NCBI GenBank assembly: GCA_964449155.1
Contig: CAYVBP010000003.1
Span: 1 to 49,367, forward strand
Length of the DNA stretch: 49,367 nucleotides
Direction: 5' to 3'
DNA from: an uncultured Rhodospirillaceae bacterium
GTDB lineage: Bacteria > Pseudomonadota > Alphaproteobacteria > UBA9219
The number at the start of each line of letters is the position of its first letter. Position 1 is the stretch's first letter. The notes beneath the pieces are model-generated. The model did no database searches, was not told the DNA's origin, and saw only the letters and a list, made by a program, of their open reading frames with translations. The translations under genes were made by a program, and so were the position numbers. This document shows positions 26,083-35,490 of the stretch, piece after piece.

Positions 26083-26953
26083 TTTTGGCCTCTTGCCGCG
26101 CCCGCGCGCCGACAATAATTCCCGATCCGACGATGATCGCGGAACCTGCAATAAGGTTCCATGTCGGAATCTCGTGCCAGAAAAAGTAACCGAAAACAGC
26201 GCCGAAAACAATTTGGGTATAGTGATATTGCTCGACGGTCGTGGCCGATGTTCTCTGCACGGCTTTGTTGTAAAGAACGTTTCCCGCGATATTCGCGGCT
26301 GCGGCGGCGAGCAGAAAGGCAAGCATCGCCGTTTTCGGCAGTTCGGGCGTCTGAATAAGCGTTCCGGCAAGGCCGACAAGTCCCATAAACAGGGCTCTGA
26401 AAAACTGGATGCTTTCCGCCGTGTCGGTCGCAGCGGTTTTGCGCATAAGCACGGTCGAGGCCGAAAAGCATGCGACGCTGCTAAGGGCAGCCGTGTATCC
26501 GATCCAGTCTCCGCCCGTTTCGCGGACGCCAAGCGCCAACGCCGTTCCGAGGAAGCCTGCGATCAGGCAACCAATTTTCAGGGGCGTCGGTCTTTCGTGT
26601 TTAAGCGCCGATGAAAAGATGGCGATGACAAGGGGAGCCGTAAAAACGGCGACGTAGAATGTCGTTAAAGGCAGGTGCTTTAACGCGACGATATTGGCGT
26701 AGCCGATGCCGAGCGAGCAAAGGCACATCAAGGCGATCTCGCGTTTGCTTTTTGGGCGCAGGGGCGAGATTCCGCGGCTGATTGCGGTCGATACGCCGAG
26801 GCTAAATGCGCCGAAGAGGCCGAACGCCGCGAGAATAACAAACGGCGGTACGGCGTTGTTTCCTGTGCTGCAAACTTTGACAAAGGCGTCGCCGATGACC
26901 CAGACAAAAAATCCAGCCAAAGCAAGAAAAATCGCGCGAGTTGAATTGTTCAT
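26021..26953 (-). CDS. EamA/DMT-superfamily transporter (paralog 1)
   Basis: 310 aa, about 10 TM segments, with a duplicated EamA-like pattern. The start MNNSTRAIF forms an ATGA overlap with the upstream paralog's stop. Confidence 0.8.
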   Translation of the reverse strand: MNNSTRAIFLALAGFFVWVIGDAFVKVCSTGNNAVPPFVILAAFGLFGAFSLGVSTAISRGISPLRPKSKREIALMCLCSLGIGYANIVALKHLPLTTFYVAVFTAPLVIAIFSSALKHERPTPLKIGCLIAGFLGTALALGVRETGGDWIGYTAALSSVACFSASTVLMRKTAATDTAESIQFFRALFMGLVGLAGTLIQTPELPKTAMLAFLLAAAAANIAGNVLYNKAVQRTSATTVEQYHYTQIVFGAVFGYFFWHEIPTWNLIAGSAIIVGSGIIVGARARQEAKTTLLPPSTTEPIRPDATRNV

Positions 26954-27822
26954 AGCTGCGCGCCTTTTCTTTTGACCTGCGCTGCGACAACAAGGCCGGA
27001 GACGATGATAATCGCAGAGCTTGCGACAAGGTTCCATGTCGGGATCTCATGCCAAATAACGTATCCGAGAATTGCGCCGGAGACAATTTGCGTATAGTGA
27101 AGCTGCGCGACGTTCGTCGATGCCGTGTTTTGAATGGCTTTGTTGAAAAGAACGCATCCGAGGATGTTGACGGTCGCCGCAGCAAGCATGGTGGCGAGCA
27201 ACGGGGTTCCCGGAACGGGCGATTTTTCGAGAAGAACGCCAAAGGTCCCTGCGAGGCCAGTCATCAACGCGCTGACAAACTGGATGCTTTCAACAGTATC
27301 TGTGCCGGATATTTTGCGCATCGCAATCGTATAGATTGCAAAGAGAATAACGCTAACGAATCCGGCCGCAATACCCGTTGCGTCGCCACCGTCGCGGATG
27401 CCGAATGCAAGGAGCACGCCCAGAAATCCCACGACCAAGCAGGAGATTTTTACCGGCGTTAACGTTTCGTGTTTTAAAATGGCTGAGAGAATCGCAATTG
27501 CCAAAGGCGTCGTAAAAACGACAACGTAAAAAGTCGTAAGCGGAAGGTGCTTGAGCGCGATGACGTTCGCATAGCTAATTCCGATATGGCATGCCGCGAT
27601 AATGGCCTGTTCGCGCAGGCTTGTGGGGCGCAAAAGGGACGGTTTGCCTTCGGCAAGCGTCAGCGCGCTGAGGCCGGCGGCGCCGAAAAGGCCCAGCGTC
27701 GCCACGATCACAAATGGCGATAACGCATTTTCGCCTTGGGCGCACAGTTTAATGATTGTATCGACGACGACCCATAAAAAATACCCGGCAAAGGCGTAGA
27801 GCATCGCGCGGGTTTGGGTCAT
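26950..27822 (-). CDS. EamA/DMT-superfamily transporter (paralog 2)
   Basis: 290 aa and collinear with 26021-26953 (for example IALKHLPLTTFYVVVFTTPL vs VALKHLPLTTFYVAVFTAPL). The start codon directly abuts the dnaJ stop. Confidence 0.8.
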   Translation of the reverse strand: MTQTRAMLYAFAGYFLWVVVDTIIKLCAQGENALSPFVIVATLGLFGAAGLSALTLAEGKPSLLRPTSLREQAIIAACHIGISYANVIALKHLPLTTFYVVVFTTPLAIAILSAILKHETLTPVKISCLVVGFLGVLLAFGIRDGGDATGIAAGFVSVILFAIYTIAMRKISGTDTVESIQFVSALMTGLAGTFGVLLEKSPVPGTPLLATMLAAATVNILGCVLFNKAIQNTASTNVAQLHYTQIVSGAILGYVIWHEIPTWNLVASSAIIIVSGLVVAAQVKRKGAQL

Positions 27823-28953
27823 TTATTTTTTCCCCAAGGCTTCTTTGACCTTCGAGAGAAATCCTTCGCTTTCGGGGTGCGTGGCGTTGCCTTTGGATTC
27901 TTCGGCGAATTCGGTCAAAAGTTCTTTCTGGCGCTTGGTCAGCTTGACGGGGGTTTCGACGGCGACTTCGATGTAAAGATCGCCGCGGACGGAACTGTGC
28001 AGCACGCTCATTCCTTTGCGTCGCACACAGGCGCGATGGCCCGATTGCGTGCCCGGATCGATTTTGACGTTGGCTGTGCCGCCGTCGAGCGTGGGGACTT
28101 CGATTTCGCCGCCTAGCGCTGCCGTCGTCATGGCTATGGGCACGCGGCAGTATAGGTTTGCGCCGTCGCGCTGGAAGACATTATGTTGTTCGACGCCGAC
28201 GATGACGTAAAGATCGCCCGCGTGTCCGCCGCGGATTCCGGCCGTTCCTTCGCCCGAGAGGCGGATGCGCGTGCCGTCTTCGACGCCCGCGGGGATTTCG
28301 ACTTGCAGCGTCTTTTGTTCGTGTACGCGACCTTGGCCGCCGCATTTCTTGCAGGGGTTTTGGATGATATGTCCGTTGCCTTGGCATGTCGGGCAGGTGT
28401 GCTCGACCGTAAAGAAGCCCTGTTGCGCGCGGACGCGGCCGTGGCCTTTGCACATCGGGCATTCGACGGGGGATGTTCCCGCTGCGGCACCCGTTCCTTT
28501 GCACTCGGGACAGATGACCGCATTCGGAATCGTAATTCTTTTCGTTGTGCCCGAGAAAGCTTCTTCGAGCATGATTTCCATGTCGTAACGTAAATCCGCG
28601 CCGCGCTGCGCGGCGCTTTTCTGTCGACGGCTGCCGCCGCCGCCAAGGATTTCGCCGAACATTTCGTCGAAAATATCCGAAAAACCCGCGCCGAAGTCGA
28701 ACCCGCCCATGGATCCTGGACCGCCTTGCTCGAAAGCGGCGTGACCGAAACGGTCGTAGGCCGCGCGGCGCTGATCGTCGCGCAAAACGTCATAGGCCTC
28801 GTTAATTTCCTTGAATTTTTTCTCGGCCTCGGCATTGCCGTGGTTTCGGTCCGGATGGTGTTGCATGGCAAGCTTGCGATAAGCTTTTTTCAGCTCGTCG
28901 GCCGATGCCCCGCGATGAACGCCCAATACCTCGTAATAATCTTTCTTTGACAC
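27823..28953 (-). CDS. dnaJ: Molecular chaperone DnaJ
   Basis: GTG start. J-domain DYYEVLGV...HPDRN, a G/F region, and four CxxCxGxG zinc-finger repeats. Confidence 0.95.
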   Translation of the reverse strand: MSKKDYYEVLGVHRGASADELKKAYRKLAMQHHPDRNHGNAEAEKKFKEINEAYDVLRDDQRRAAYDRFGHAAFEQGGPGSMGGFDFGAGFSDIFDEMFGEILGGGGSRRQKSAAQRGADLRYDMEIMLEEAFSGTTKRITIPNAVICPECKGTGAAAGTSPVECPMCKGHGRVRAQQGFFTVEHTCPTCQGNGHIIQNPCKKCGGQGRVHEQKTLQVEIPAGVEDGTRIRLSGEGTAGIRGGHAGDLYVIVGVEQHNVFQRDGANLYCRVPIAMTTAALGGEIEVPTLDGGTANVKIDPGTQSGHRACVRRKGMSVLHSSVRGDLYIEVAVETPVKLTKRQKELLTEFAEESKGNATHPESEGFLSKVKEALGKK

Positions 28954-28980
28954 GCCGAATCCCCATTAACTTGTCCCCGT

Positions 28981-29012
28981 TATATAGGGGGTCGAGGGCG
29001 TAAAAACAACAG
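28981..29012 (-). promoter_or_regulatory. Candidate RpoH (sigma-32)-type promoter for dnaJ
   Basis: The minus strand reads cTGTTG-N18-CCTATATAA. This resembles the alphaproteobacterial RpoH consensus CTTG-N17/18-CYTATNT, but the -35 is imperfect. Confidence 0.3.
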
Positions 29013-29029
29013 GCGGATCGGATTGTCCT

Positions 29030-29770
29030 TTAGCTTGACTCAATTATTGTGGCCGCTGTGGCCGTTGGCCGGGTCGAGGATGTATAGACGCCCGTTATGT
29101 CTGTGGAAAGTAGGCTTAATTTCCCTGCGTCGAGCGTTAACGTTCCGTCGTTGTTCGATTGAATCGCAGTTATCTTGAACAAGGCCGTCGTGTTTTCGAC
29201 GTCAACCGAATCGCCAGCGCTGTCGATGGCGCTTATGCTAAACGTGTAGGCTCCGTCCTCGGCTTTAGTTCCGTCGTTTTTCGTGCCGTCCCACGTGACG
29301 TAATTATCTCCCGATGACGATGTTCCGGTGAGCGTCGCAACGGTTTCGCCGTCAGAATCCTTAACCGTAATAACAGCGGCAACTGCGGAATTGCCGAGCG
29401 TGTATCCGATCTCGGCGCTGCCGTCTTGAAGCGAAAAGTCTCCGTCTTCGGTTGCCGAGCGGACATAATTGCCGATATAGCTAACGCCGGAGGCAAGGCT
29501 GCTTGCCGTTATTGCCTTGGTTAGAGACTCGAGATTTTCGTTGTTATTGATTTGGGCCTGAACCTGCTGCATCTGAATCAGTTCCTGCGTGAACTGATTG
29601 GGGTCAGTCGCGTTCGTCGGGTCCTGGTTTTGAAGCTGCGTCGTCAGGATCTTGAGGTAAGTCGTAAAGTTGAGGTTGAGCGCCGACGTTGCGGTGGCCG
29701 CCGTTGAGGATGAGCTTGACGCTGCGGAAGATGCAATGCCGCTGAGGCTGCTGATGGCTCCGACTGACAT
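29030..29770 (-). CDS. flgD: Flagellar hook assembly/capping protein FlgD
   Basis: N-terminal FTTYLKILTTQLQNQDPTNATDPNQFTQELIQMQQV motif and a C-terminal beta-rich FlgD Ig-like region. Confidence 0.9.
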   Translation of the reverse strand: MSVGAISSLSGIASSAASSSSSTAATATSALNLNFTTYLKILTTQLQNQDPTNATDPNQFTQELIQMQQVQAQINNNENLESLTKAITASSLASGVSYIGNYVRSATEDGDFSLQDGSAEIGYTLGNSAVAAVITVKDSDGETVATLTGTSSSGDNYVTWDGTKNDGTKAEDGAYTFSISAIDSAGDSVDVENTTALFKITAIQSNNDGTLTLDAGKLSLLSTDITGVYTSSTRPTATAATIIESS

Positions 29771-29780
29771 GTTCTTTCTC

Positions 29781-31685
29781 CTATACCTGAATGTTTACGC
29801 CTGTCGAGGTGACGTAATATGCCTCGGAAAGCGCCGAAAGCCCGGTTGCGGATTCGTCCTCCGATCCTTCTTCGGAGTTGCTTGCACGCAATGTGCCATT
29901 TCTCGATCCGTCGCCCGCAGTCTGTCCGGCGGCGTTTTGATTTTTTTGCTCGCCGAGACTGAACTGTAAGCTGCCCGGGTCGGCGCGGAGGCCTGCATCC
30001 TGCAGGGCGCGCTCGAGGCTCCTTGAATCCTTCTGGAGCATTTCTAGCGTTTGGGGATTATCGGCCACGACGGAGCCTTGAACGCGACCGTCTTTGCCGA
30101 TGTCGAGTGTGACAGATATTTTTCCCAAATCGCTCGGCTGAAGTTGCAACGACATTTGGCTTTGGCCTTCCTTGGCGTTGCGATTGATGTGCAGCACAAC
30201 TTGGTCTACGGCGCTGGGAAGGCCCATTGCGCCGCCGTTTGCTGCGCGAAATGCCGACAACGTGCTGGCAAAAACGTAAGTGCCGGACGCTTGTGTGCTG
30301 CGCGCGTCGGACCCCCATGGCGACGATGTGTCCTGTAAAACGAAATCGGCAGGCGTATCGGCAGAAACAACGGGGTTGTTCAAAGAGGAAATATCTTCAG
30401 GCGCATGCGCTAAAGAGGCAGAGAAAGAGGCGGGCGTCGGAAGCGGATTTTGGTTTGCGGTATCCGATTTGTCGGAGCCTTTGGTTTTTTTCCAAAGACC
30501 AAGGTCGGTGACGGCACCTGTTGCCGTTTCATTTGTCGTTGTTTCTTCCGCTTCCGCCTCGGCCACTTCGGGGGTGTGGCTTGCTGCGGAAAGTATGCTT
30601 TTAAGCGTTGAGGGTATAGGCTTTTGTTCGGGCGAAGGCGGCAAAACTGCAAGCGATGCCTTTGCGGCAATGGCTGGGACAATCGGCGCTGCGGGCAAGG
30701 GAGCTTCCGTTTCGCTCGATAAGGCTGCTTGCGCTGTTTCCTGGGCTTTTTTCAGTAGCGTTTTTACGGAGGCAATTTCCTCTTTCACGGCCGCGCCGAG
30801 ATCGGCCAATGTGTCGGCGACAGTTGAATAAGAGTATTTTGCATCTTCTGCGGCGGCATCGCCGGTCGCGACCGTCTCGGTTTTGGCTGCGCGCGCGAAA
30901 TCATCGATCAGCTTTTCAATGCCTTTATCGGCAAGATTCATCAGGCCGATAAGGGCGTCGAAACCGGGATCGGAGCTGTTATTGCCGAGAACGGTCGAGG
31001 CATCGCCGGTCGCGACGGAAACGCGCGCGGCGTTCGCTTCGATTTGCGCCAGAAGAATGGCCAGCGGATTGCTTTTCTGCGTCTGCTCGGTCGCGTTCGT
31101 TTCTTCAATTTTTGGCCTGTCGCCGGTCGTTTGCGCCCGTTGCAGGACGATAAGCGTCATTTGCATCAACGCCACGATCTCGGCGACGATGTTGGATAGC
31201 GTGTCTTGATCCAAGGTTTCGTCGGTTTCGAGGGAGCCGGTCGTCTGTTCGGTCGACGCGAGAATGTCAATCAGGCTGTCGTCGGTTAAAGACGGAGGTT
31301 GTTGCGCGTCTGCGGTCGAAAGAGACTCTTCCGTCAGGCACACATCCGTTGCTGGTTCTGTGACCGTCAGAAATCCGTCGTTTTTCTCGAGCATGACCGC
31401 AATCGTGCGAAGGACATCCAGCAGGGATGTTGCGTCGCGCAACGTTTGAAGAAGATCGGACGAATCGTCGGGCGTTTCCTTAACGACAGCAGCGTCCGAT
31501 ATAAGCGACCGCGGAATCGTCGAAAGCGCGTCAAGGGAGCTTTGCCCGTCGCCAGTGTCTTCGGAAAGAAGATTGAGAAAGGCGTCGTCGGGCGTTTCTC
31601 CGGGCGCGTCCGCGCCGGGCGCTTTTATCGCGGCAAGAGGAGAGGCGCTGAACATGATATCGGCAAGCGAACGGGCTTGATCCAT
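29781..31685 (-). CDS. fliK: Flagellar hook-length control protein FliK-like
   Basis: 634 aa. Acidic, low-complexity N-terminal two-thirds. The C-terminal Flg_hook-type domain is MSLQLQPSDLGKISVTLDIGKDGRVQGSVVADNPQTLEMLQKDSRSLERALQDAGL. It lies directly upstream of flgD. Confidence 0.8.
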   Translation of the reverse strand: MDQARSLADIMFSASPLAAIKAPGADAPGETPDDAFLNLLSEDTGDGQSSLDALSTIPRSLISDAAVVKETPDDSSDLLQTLRDATSLLDVLRTIAVMLEKNDGFLTVTEPATDVCLTEESLSTADAQQPPSLTDDSLIDILASTEQTTGSLETDETLDQDTLSNIVAEIVALMQMTLIVLQRAQTTGDRPKIEETNATEQTQKSNPLAILLAQIEANAARVSVATGDASTVLGNNSSDPGFDALIGLMNLADKGIEKLIDDFARAAKTETVATGDAAAEDAKYSYSTVADTLADLGAAVKEEIASVKTLLKKAQETAQAALSSETEAPLPAAPIVPAIAAKASLAVLPPSPEQKPIPSTLKSILSAASHTPEVAEAEAEETTTNETATGAVTDLGLWKKTKGSDKSDTANQNPLPTPASFSASLAHAPEDISSLNNPVVSADTPADFVLQDTSSPWGSDARSTQASGTYVFASTLSAFRAANGGAMGLPSAVDQVVLHINRNAKEGQSQMSLQLQPSDLGKISVTLDIGKDGRVQGSVVADNPQTLEMLQKDSRSLERALQDAGLRADPGSLQFSLGEQKNQNAAGQTAGDGSRNGTLRASNSEEGSEDESATGLSALSEAYYVTSTGVNIQV

Positions 31686-31697
31686 GATGCGTTGCCT

Positions 31698-32156
31698 CTA
31701 AACGGTTCGGTTGAAGGCGATGGGTTTGCACGTCGGGCTATAGGAGCCAAGCTCTAAATGCGCCCGCGCATGATTTTTATAGGTTTGTTCCGGCAGGGCC
31801 TCGCTTTTGACGAGCGCCACGATGTTTTGAACCAGCGTGCGCGTCGCATCGACTGCCGCGCGAAGCATCCGCGCATTGGCATCCGTCGCTTTGGCAAGGC
31901 GCTTGGCGGCATCGCGGATGGCTTTCTTGGCTTCCGCTGGCATGTTTTTGAGAAGATCGGGCTGTGCGCCGATCGTTCTCATGTTCGCTCTGTAGTCGAT
32001 TGCAAGCCTTTGTTTGCGCTTTAAAAGATCGGCGTGCTCGCGCATTTTACGTTTTGTGACGATTTCAAACTCGGCGTCGAGAACGCTTGCGAGTTCGTCC
32101 ATCAGCGCCACGGTCGAGACGACAATCTTCGGCGCGTCTTGAAGGGCGCGGGGCAT
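31698..32156 (-). CDS. Small helical flagellar protein, FlbY/FlgN-like by position
   Basis: 152 aa from ATG 32156; the longer track ORF would overlap cheL. Predicted all-helical. It occupies the slot after flgI-cheL, where Caulobacter has flbY as I recall. No motif-level identification. Confidence 0.45.
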   Translation of the reverse strand: MPRALQDAPKIVVSTVALMDELASVLDAEFEIVTKRKMREHADLLKRKQRLAIDYRANMRTIGAQPDLLKNMPAEAKKAIRDAAKRLAKATDANARMLRAAVDATRTLVQNIVALVKSEALPEQTYKNHARAHLELGSYSPTCKPIAFNRTV

Positions 32157-32160
32157 TTTA

Positions 32161-32571
32161 TTATTGAGCTGCGACACGGTTCGATCCTTTTGACATGACT
32201 GAAGATTCGTATGGAGACAGTGATTTTTGTTTTGACGCGCGGCCTTTGCGGGCGTCGGCGTTTTCTTGCGCGCGGAGCATTTCCGCCTTGACCTGCGATG
32301 CGATGCCCAAGGCCCCGGACTTGGCGATGAATTTTCCATATTCCTGAATGAGGAAAGACCTCATGACTTCTTCGCCGTTGCCGCCGCCGAAGGATTTGTT
32401 GACGGGAACGGTATCGAACATCGGCTTTAAAAGCTGCGCGGCGAACATCGCCTCGAACTCTTTCGCTGCCGCGTCGACGTTGGCGTTTGGGTTGATCTTG
32501 GCCGACAGCGACGAAAGCATGTTGGGAAGGGGTGTTCCTGTTCCTACGGTTGGAAGCGCGTCGATCATCAC
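32161..32571 (-). CDS. cheL: Flagellar rod-binding protein (CheL / FlgJ N-terminal domain-like)
   Basis: AAKEFEAMFAAQLLKPMF...FGGGNGEEVMRSFLIQEYGKFIAKSGALGIA matches the Rod-binding domain pattern. ATGA overlap with the flgI stop. Confidence 0.8.
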   Translation of the reverse strand: MMIDALPTVGTGTPLPNMLSSLSAKINPNANVDAAAKEFEAMFAAQLLKPMFDTVPVNKSFGGGNGEEVMRSFLIQEYGKFIAKSGALGIASQVKAEMLRAQENADARKGRASKQKSLSPYESSVMSKGSNRVAAQ

Positions 32572-33725
32572 ATAACCTCCAGCTCCGCCTGCAAGGCTCC
32601 TGCGGCTTTGATTGATTGCAAAATTTGGATCATATCGCGCGGTCCTATGCCCAGCGCGTTGAGGTTTTGCACAAGGTCCTGAAGGCTGACGCCGCCTTTA
32701 AGCAAGGCAAGCTTTTTGCCCTCCCCCTCGTCTATATCGATGGTTGATTGCGTCACGACTTGCGTTGTTCCACCTCTTGACATCGGCGCAGGTTGCGAGA
32801 CTTGAGGCGTTTCGCTGATTTTTATTGTCAGGTTGCCTTGGGCGACGGCGACGGTGTTGATGTGGACGTTTTCACCCATGACGACGATGCCCGATTGTTC
32901 GTCGATAACGACCTTTGCGACATCGTCGGGGATGACTTTCAGCTGTTCGATCTCGGTTAAGAAGCTGACCATATCTGGGCGGCGGCCCTCGGGAATTTGC
33001 AGTCGAATCGTTGCGGAATCCATGGCTGCGGCAAGCGGCGCTTTCAAAGATGCGTTGACGACGTCAGCAACGCGCTTGGCCGTCGTGAAGTCCGGATTGC
33101 GCAGCGACAGGCGCACGGTATTGAGGTCGGCAAGGCGGAACCGCACTTCGCGTTCGACAATCGCGCCTGCCGAAATACGTCCCGATGTCGGGACGCCCTT
33201 GGTCACGCTCGATCCACTTTGTCCGGACGCGCTAAACCCGGAAGCGACCGAGCCTTGCGCGACGGCATAAACCTCGCCGTCCGCGCCTTGAAGCGGCGTG
33301 ACCAGTAGCGTTCCACCTTGAAGGCTTTTAGCGTCGCCCATTGTCGAGACAACCACGTCGACGCGGGATCCTTGCGTGGCGAACGGCGGCAGCGTTGCGG
33401 TGACCATGACAGCGGCGATGTTTTTTGTTTTTATCGTCGAAAAGTCGCCGCTGGAATTTATGCCCAAGCGCTGGAGCATGCCGATCAAGCTGCGCGCGGT
33501 GAACGGCGCGTTTGTCAGGGAATCGCCTGTGCCGTTAAGGCCGACGACAAGGCCATATCCGACAAGCATGTTGTCTCGGACGCCCTCGAAGTTGACAATG
33601 TCCTTGATGCGCGACGCGGCTGCATTTGCGCCAGTGGCCGGGAAGAAAACCGGCAGAGCGATCAACAATGCCGTCGCCGCCGTACGGGAAATGGAACGAA
33701 ATAAAGACGATTTTTTCAATAACAT
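32568..33725 (-). CDS. flgI: Flagellar P-ring protein FlgI
   Basis: Signal peptide followed by SRIKDIVNFEGVRDNMLVGYGLVVGLNGTGD. I prefer the start MLLKKSS (33725); an alternative ATG lies at 33761. Confidence 0.95.
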   Translation of the reverse strand: MLLKKSSLFRSISRTAATALLIALPVFFPATGANAAASRIKDIVNFEGVRDNMLVGYGLVVGLNGTGDSLTNAPFTARSLIGMLQRLGINSSGDFSTIKTKNIAAVMVTATLPPFATQGSRVDVVVSTMGDAKSLQGGTLLVTPLQGADGEVYAVAQGSVASGFSASGQSGSSVTKGVPTSGRISAGAIVEREVRFRLADLNTVRLSLRNPDFTTAKRVADVVNASLKAPLAAAMDSATIRLQIPEGRRPDMVSFLTEIEQLKVIPDDVAKVVIDEQSGIVVMGENVHINTVAVAQGNLTIKISETPQVSQPAPMSRGGTTQVVTQSTIDIDEGEGKKLALLKGGVSLQDLVQNLNALGIGPRDMIQILQSIKAAGALQAELEVM

Positions 33726-33743
33726 GTGACCCCCGCCCTTCTC

Positions 33744-33760
33744 TTGCCAGAGTCGTGCCA
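33744..33760 (-). promoter_or_regulatory. Candidate sigma-54 (-24/-12) promoter for the flgI operon
   Basis: The minus strand reads TGGCAC-GACTC-TGGCA, with the GG and GC dinucleotides at canonical spacing (consensus TGGCAC-N5-TTGCA). It lies only ~20-35 nt upstream of ATG 33725, so the leader would be short. Confidence 0.35.
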
Positions 33761-33903
33761 AAGGCGGGGTTTGGACTCGGTTGTTTTAATTCATTGTCAT
33801 AAATAGATTTTTTCCGATGTTCCTTGCGGCGCTTTTAGGGTAAACTCATCCATTCAAGAGGGCATAAATTGCCTATGGCACGGAAAATGAGGGATAAAAC
33901 GGC

Positions 33904-34323
33904 GTGATCGACAAGATAGATGGCTTGGGCAATGTGCGGACGGCGGCCCCGATTAAGCGTTCAGTTAAAACGAACGGTAGCGGCAGCGCGTCTTTTTCCA
34001 AGCAGCTTGGCGAAACCGAAGAGACGTCTGCGACAAACGCTTTGGCTGCACCTAGCGGTATTGCGGGCATTCTTGGCGTTCAGGAAGTCGACGACGCTTT
34101 GGCTCGTGCCTCGAAGGGGAAATTACGCGCTGAGGATATTCTTGACCGGCTTGACGATTTGCGGCTTGAGCTTTTGTCAGGCGCGCTCTCGCGGGATAAG
34201 CTGATGCAGCTTAGCCATGTCGTATCCATTCGTCGTGCCCAGATCAACGATCCGCGACTGGCCGAAATTCTTGACGCCATTGATTTGCGCGCTCAGGTCG
34301 AGTTGGCGAAGTATTCAAATTAG
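33904..34323 (+). CDS. fliX: Class II flagellar assembly regulator FliX-like
   Basis: 139 aa, GTG start with GAGGGA ~10 nt upstream. Divergent from flgI, as in Caulobacter. C-terminal helical region DILDRLDDLRLELLSGALSRDKLMQL...DPRLAEILDAIDLRAQVELAKY. The identification rests on synteny plus general resemblance from memory. Confidence 0.6.
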   Translation: MIDKIDGLGNVRTAAPIKRSVKTNGSGSASFSKQLGETEETSATNALAAPSGIAGILGVQEVDDALARASKGKLRAEDILDRLDDLRLELLSGALSRDKLMQLSHVVSIRRAQINDPRLAEILDAIDLRAQVELAKYSN

Positions 34324-34339
34324 AGCGCATGCCCTTGTA

Positions 34340-35266
34340 TCAGGAAATTATTTCCCGGGCTGCGGCAACGACGTCCCGGACATTCAGATCGGCGAGCGTT
34401 TTGCTTTGCTTTATGACGACTTTTGGTCCCGGGGGTCTTGACCAAACCGGGTTCGATTTTCCCGAAAAAAGGGCCACCGTCGGCGTTTGAAGCGCCGCTG
34501 CCATGTGTATGGGGCCTGTGTCGTTGCCGACGGCAAACTCGGCGCGGCGCAGGATGCCAGCCAATTCGTATAAATCCGTCTTGCCGCATAAATCGATTGT
34601 TCCGGGCGCTATTTCCGCAATTGCTGCTGCTGCATCGGCGTCCGCTTTTGTGCCGACGATGACGCAATCCATATCGTTTTTCAGGAAAAGATTCGCAACT
34701 TCCGCGTATTTGTCTGGCGGCCAGCGTTTGTGCGGCGCGTTCGGAGAGCAGCCGGGGACCAAAACGGCATAGCGATCAGGGAGGTCGAATTTAGCGAGCG
34801 TGGCATCGAACCACGATAAGTCGGGCTTGTCGGCGGCAGGGATTCCGGCGGCGCGCAGTTGTGCCGCAAGAAAGTCGATGAAATGCATCCACGGCGCGGG
34901 CGGCCAAGGGCGCGGATATTTGCACAGCGGCGCGGCCCCCGACCATGCCGGCCCCAAGGGGCCTCCGAGCAACGCGAACAGGACGCTTTGCCGGGTCTTG
35001 CCCTGCAAATCGAGGACGATATCGGGAGAAAAATCAAGAAGTTTCCTTCGCAGGCGGAACCAGTCGTGCGGCGTTTTCCATGTCGGGTGTGTGTCAATGA
35101 TTGTGCGATCGAACCACGGCAGCGATTGCGCAAAAGAGGCGAAAGGCGCGCGTGTCAAAAGCGCGATTTCGGCGTGTGGATAGGCTTGTCTGATCTCATG
35201 GAATGCTTGAAAGCAAAAAATCAAGTCCCCCAAAGCGCCGAGACGAATGACAAGAATACGTTCCAT
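34340..35266 (-). CDS. Glycosyltransferase family 9 (LPS heptosyltransferase-like)
   Basis: MERILVIRLGALGDLI N-terminus and C-terminal AVGNDTGPIHMAAAL motif. Confidence 0.8.
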   Translation of the reverse strand: MERILVIRLGALGDLIFCFQAFHEIRQAYPHAEIALLTRAPFASFAQSLPWFDRTIIDTHPTWKTPHDWFRLRRKLLDFSPDIVLDLQGKTRQSVLFALLGGPLGPAWSGAAPLCKYPRPWPPAPWMHFIDFLAAQLRAAGIPAADKPDLSWFDATLAKFDLPDRYAVLVPGCSPNAPHKRWPPDKYAEVANLFLKNDMDCVIVGTKADADAAAAIAEIAPGTIDLCGKTDLYELAGILRRAEFAVGNDTGPIHMAAALQTPTVALFSGKSNPVWSRPPGPKVVIKQSKTLADLNVRDVVAAAREIIS

Positions 35267-35350
35267 GAGGCAAGGAGACGAAAAAGGTTTGCAACGAAGA
35301 AGATAAACTAACAGCCTTATGAACCGATCCCCCATACCTCAACCATCGCC

Positions 35351-35374
35351 ATCCAGCGAAGGCGGGGATGACGA
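35351..35374. repeat. Solo arm of the 2132-2240 palindromic repeat family
   Basis: ATCCAGCGAAGGCGGGGATGACGA resembles the arms at 2132-2160 / 2212-2240. The shadow ORF reads VIPAFAG. Confidence 0.45.
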
Positions 35375-35490
35375 TGACCAAAGGAAGATGGAACCCGTTT
35401 ATGAGGTCATCAGTATAACATAATTTATTTGTTTGAATATAAGCTATTTGCGGTATTCTTTCCAGAGTTTACCCCTTGCTTTGAGATAAA

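Noticed and set aside
33876-33890. A TGGCAC on the plus strand upstream of fliX, as a possible sigma-54 promoter.
   Set aside because: The -12 element reads ATGA instead of TTGC, so the GC dinucleotide is missing at the required spacing. It is weaker than the minus-strand candidate and probably fortuitous.
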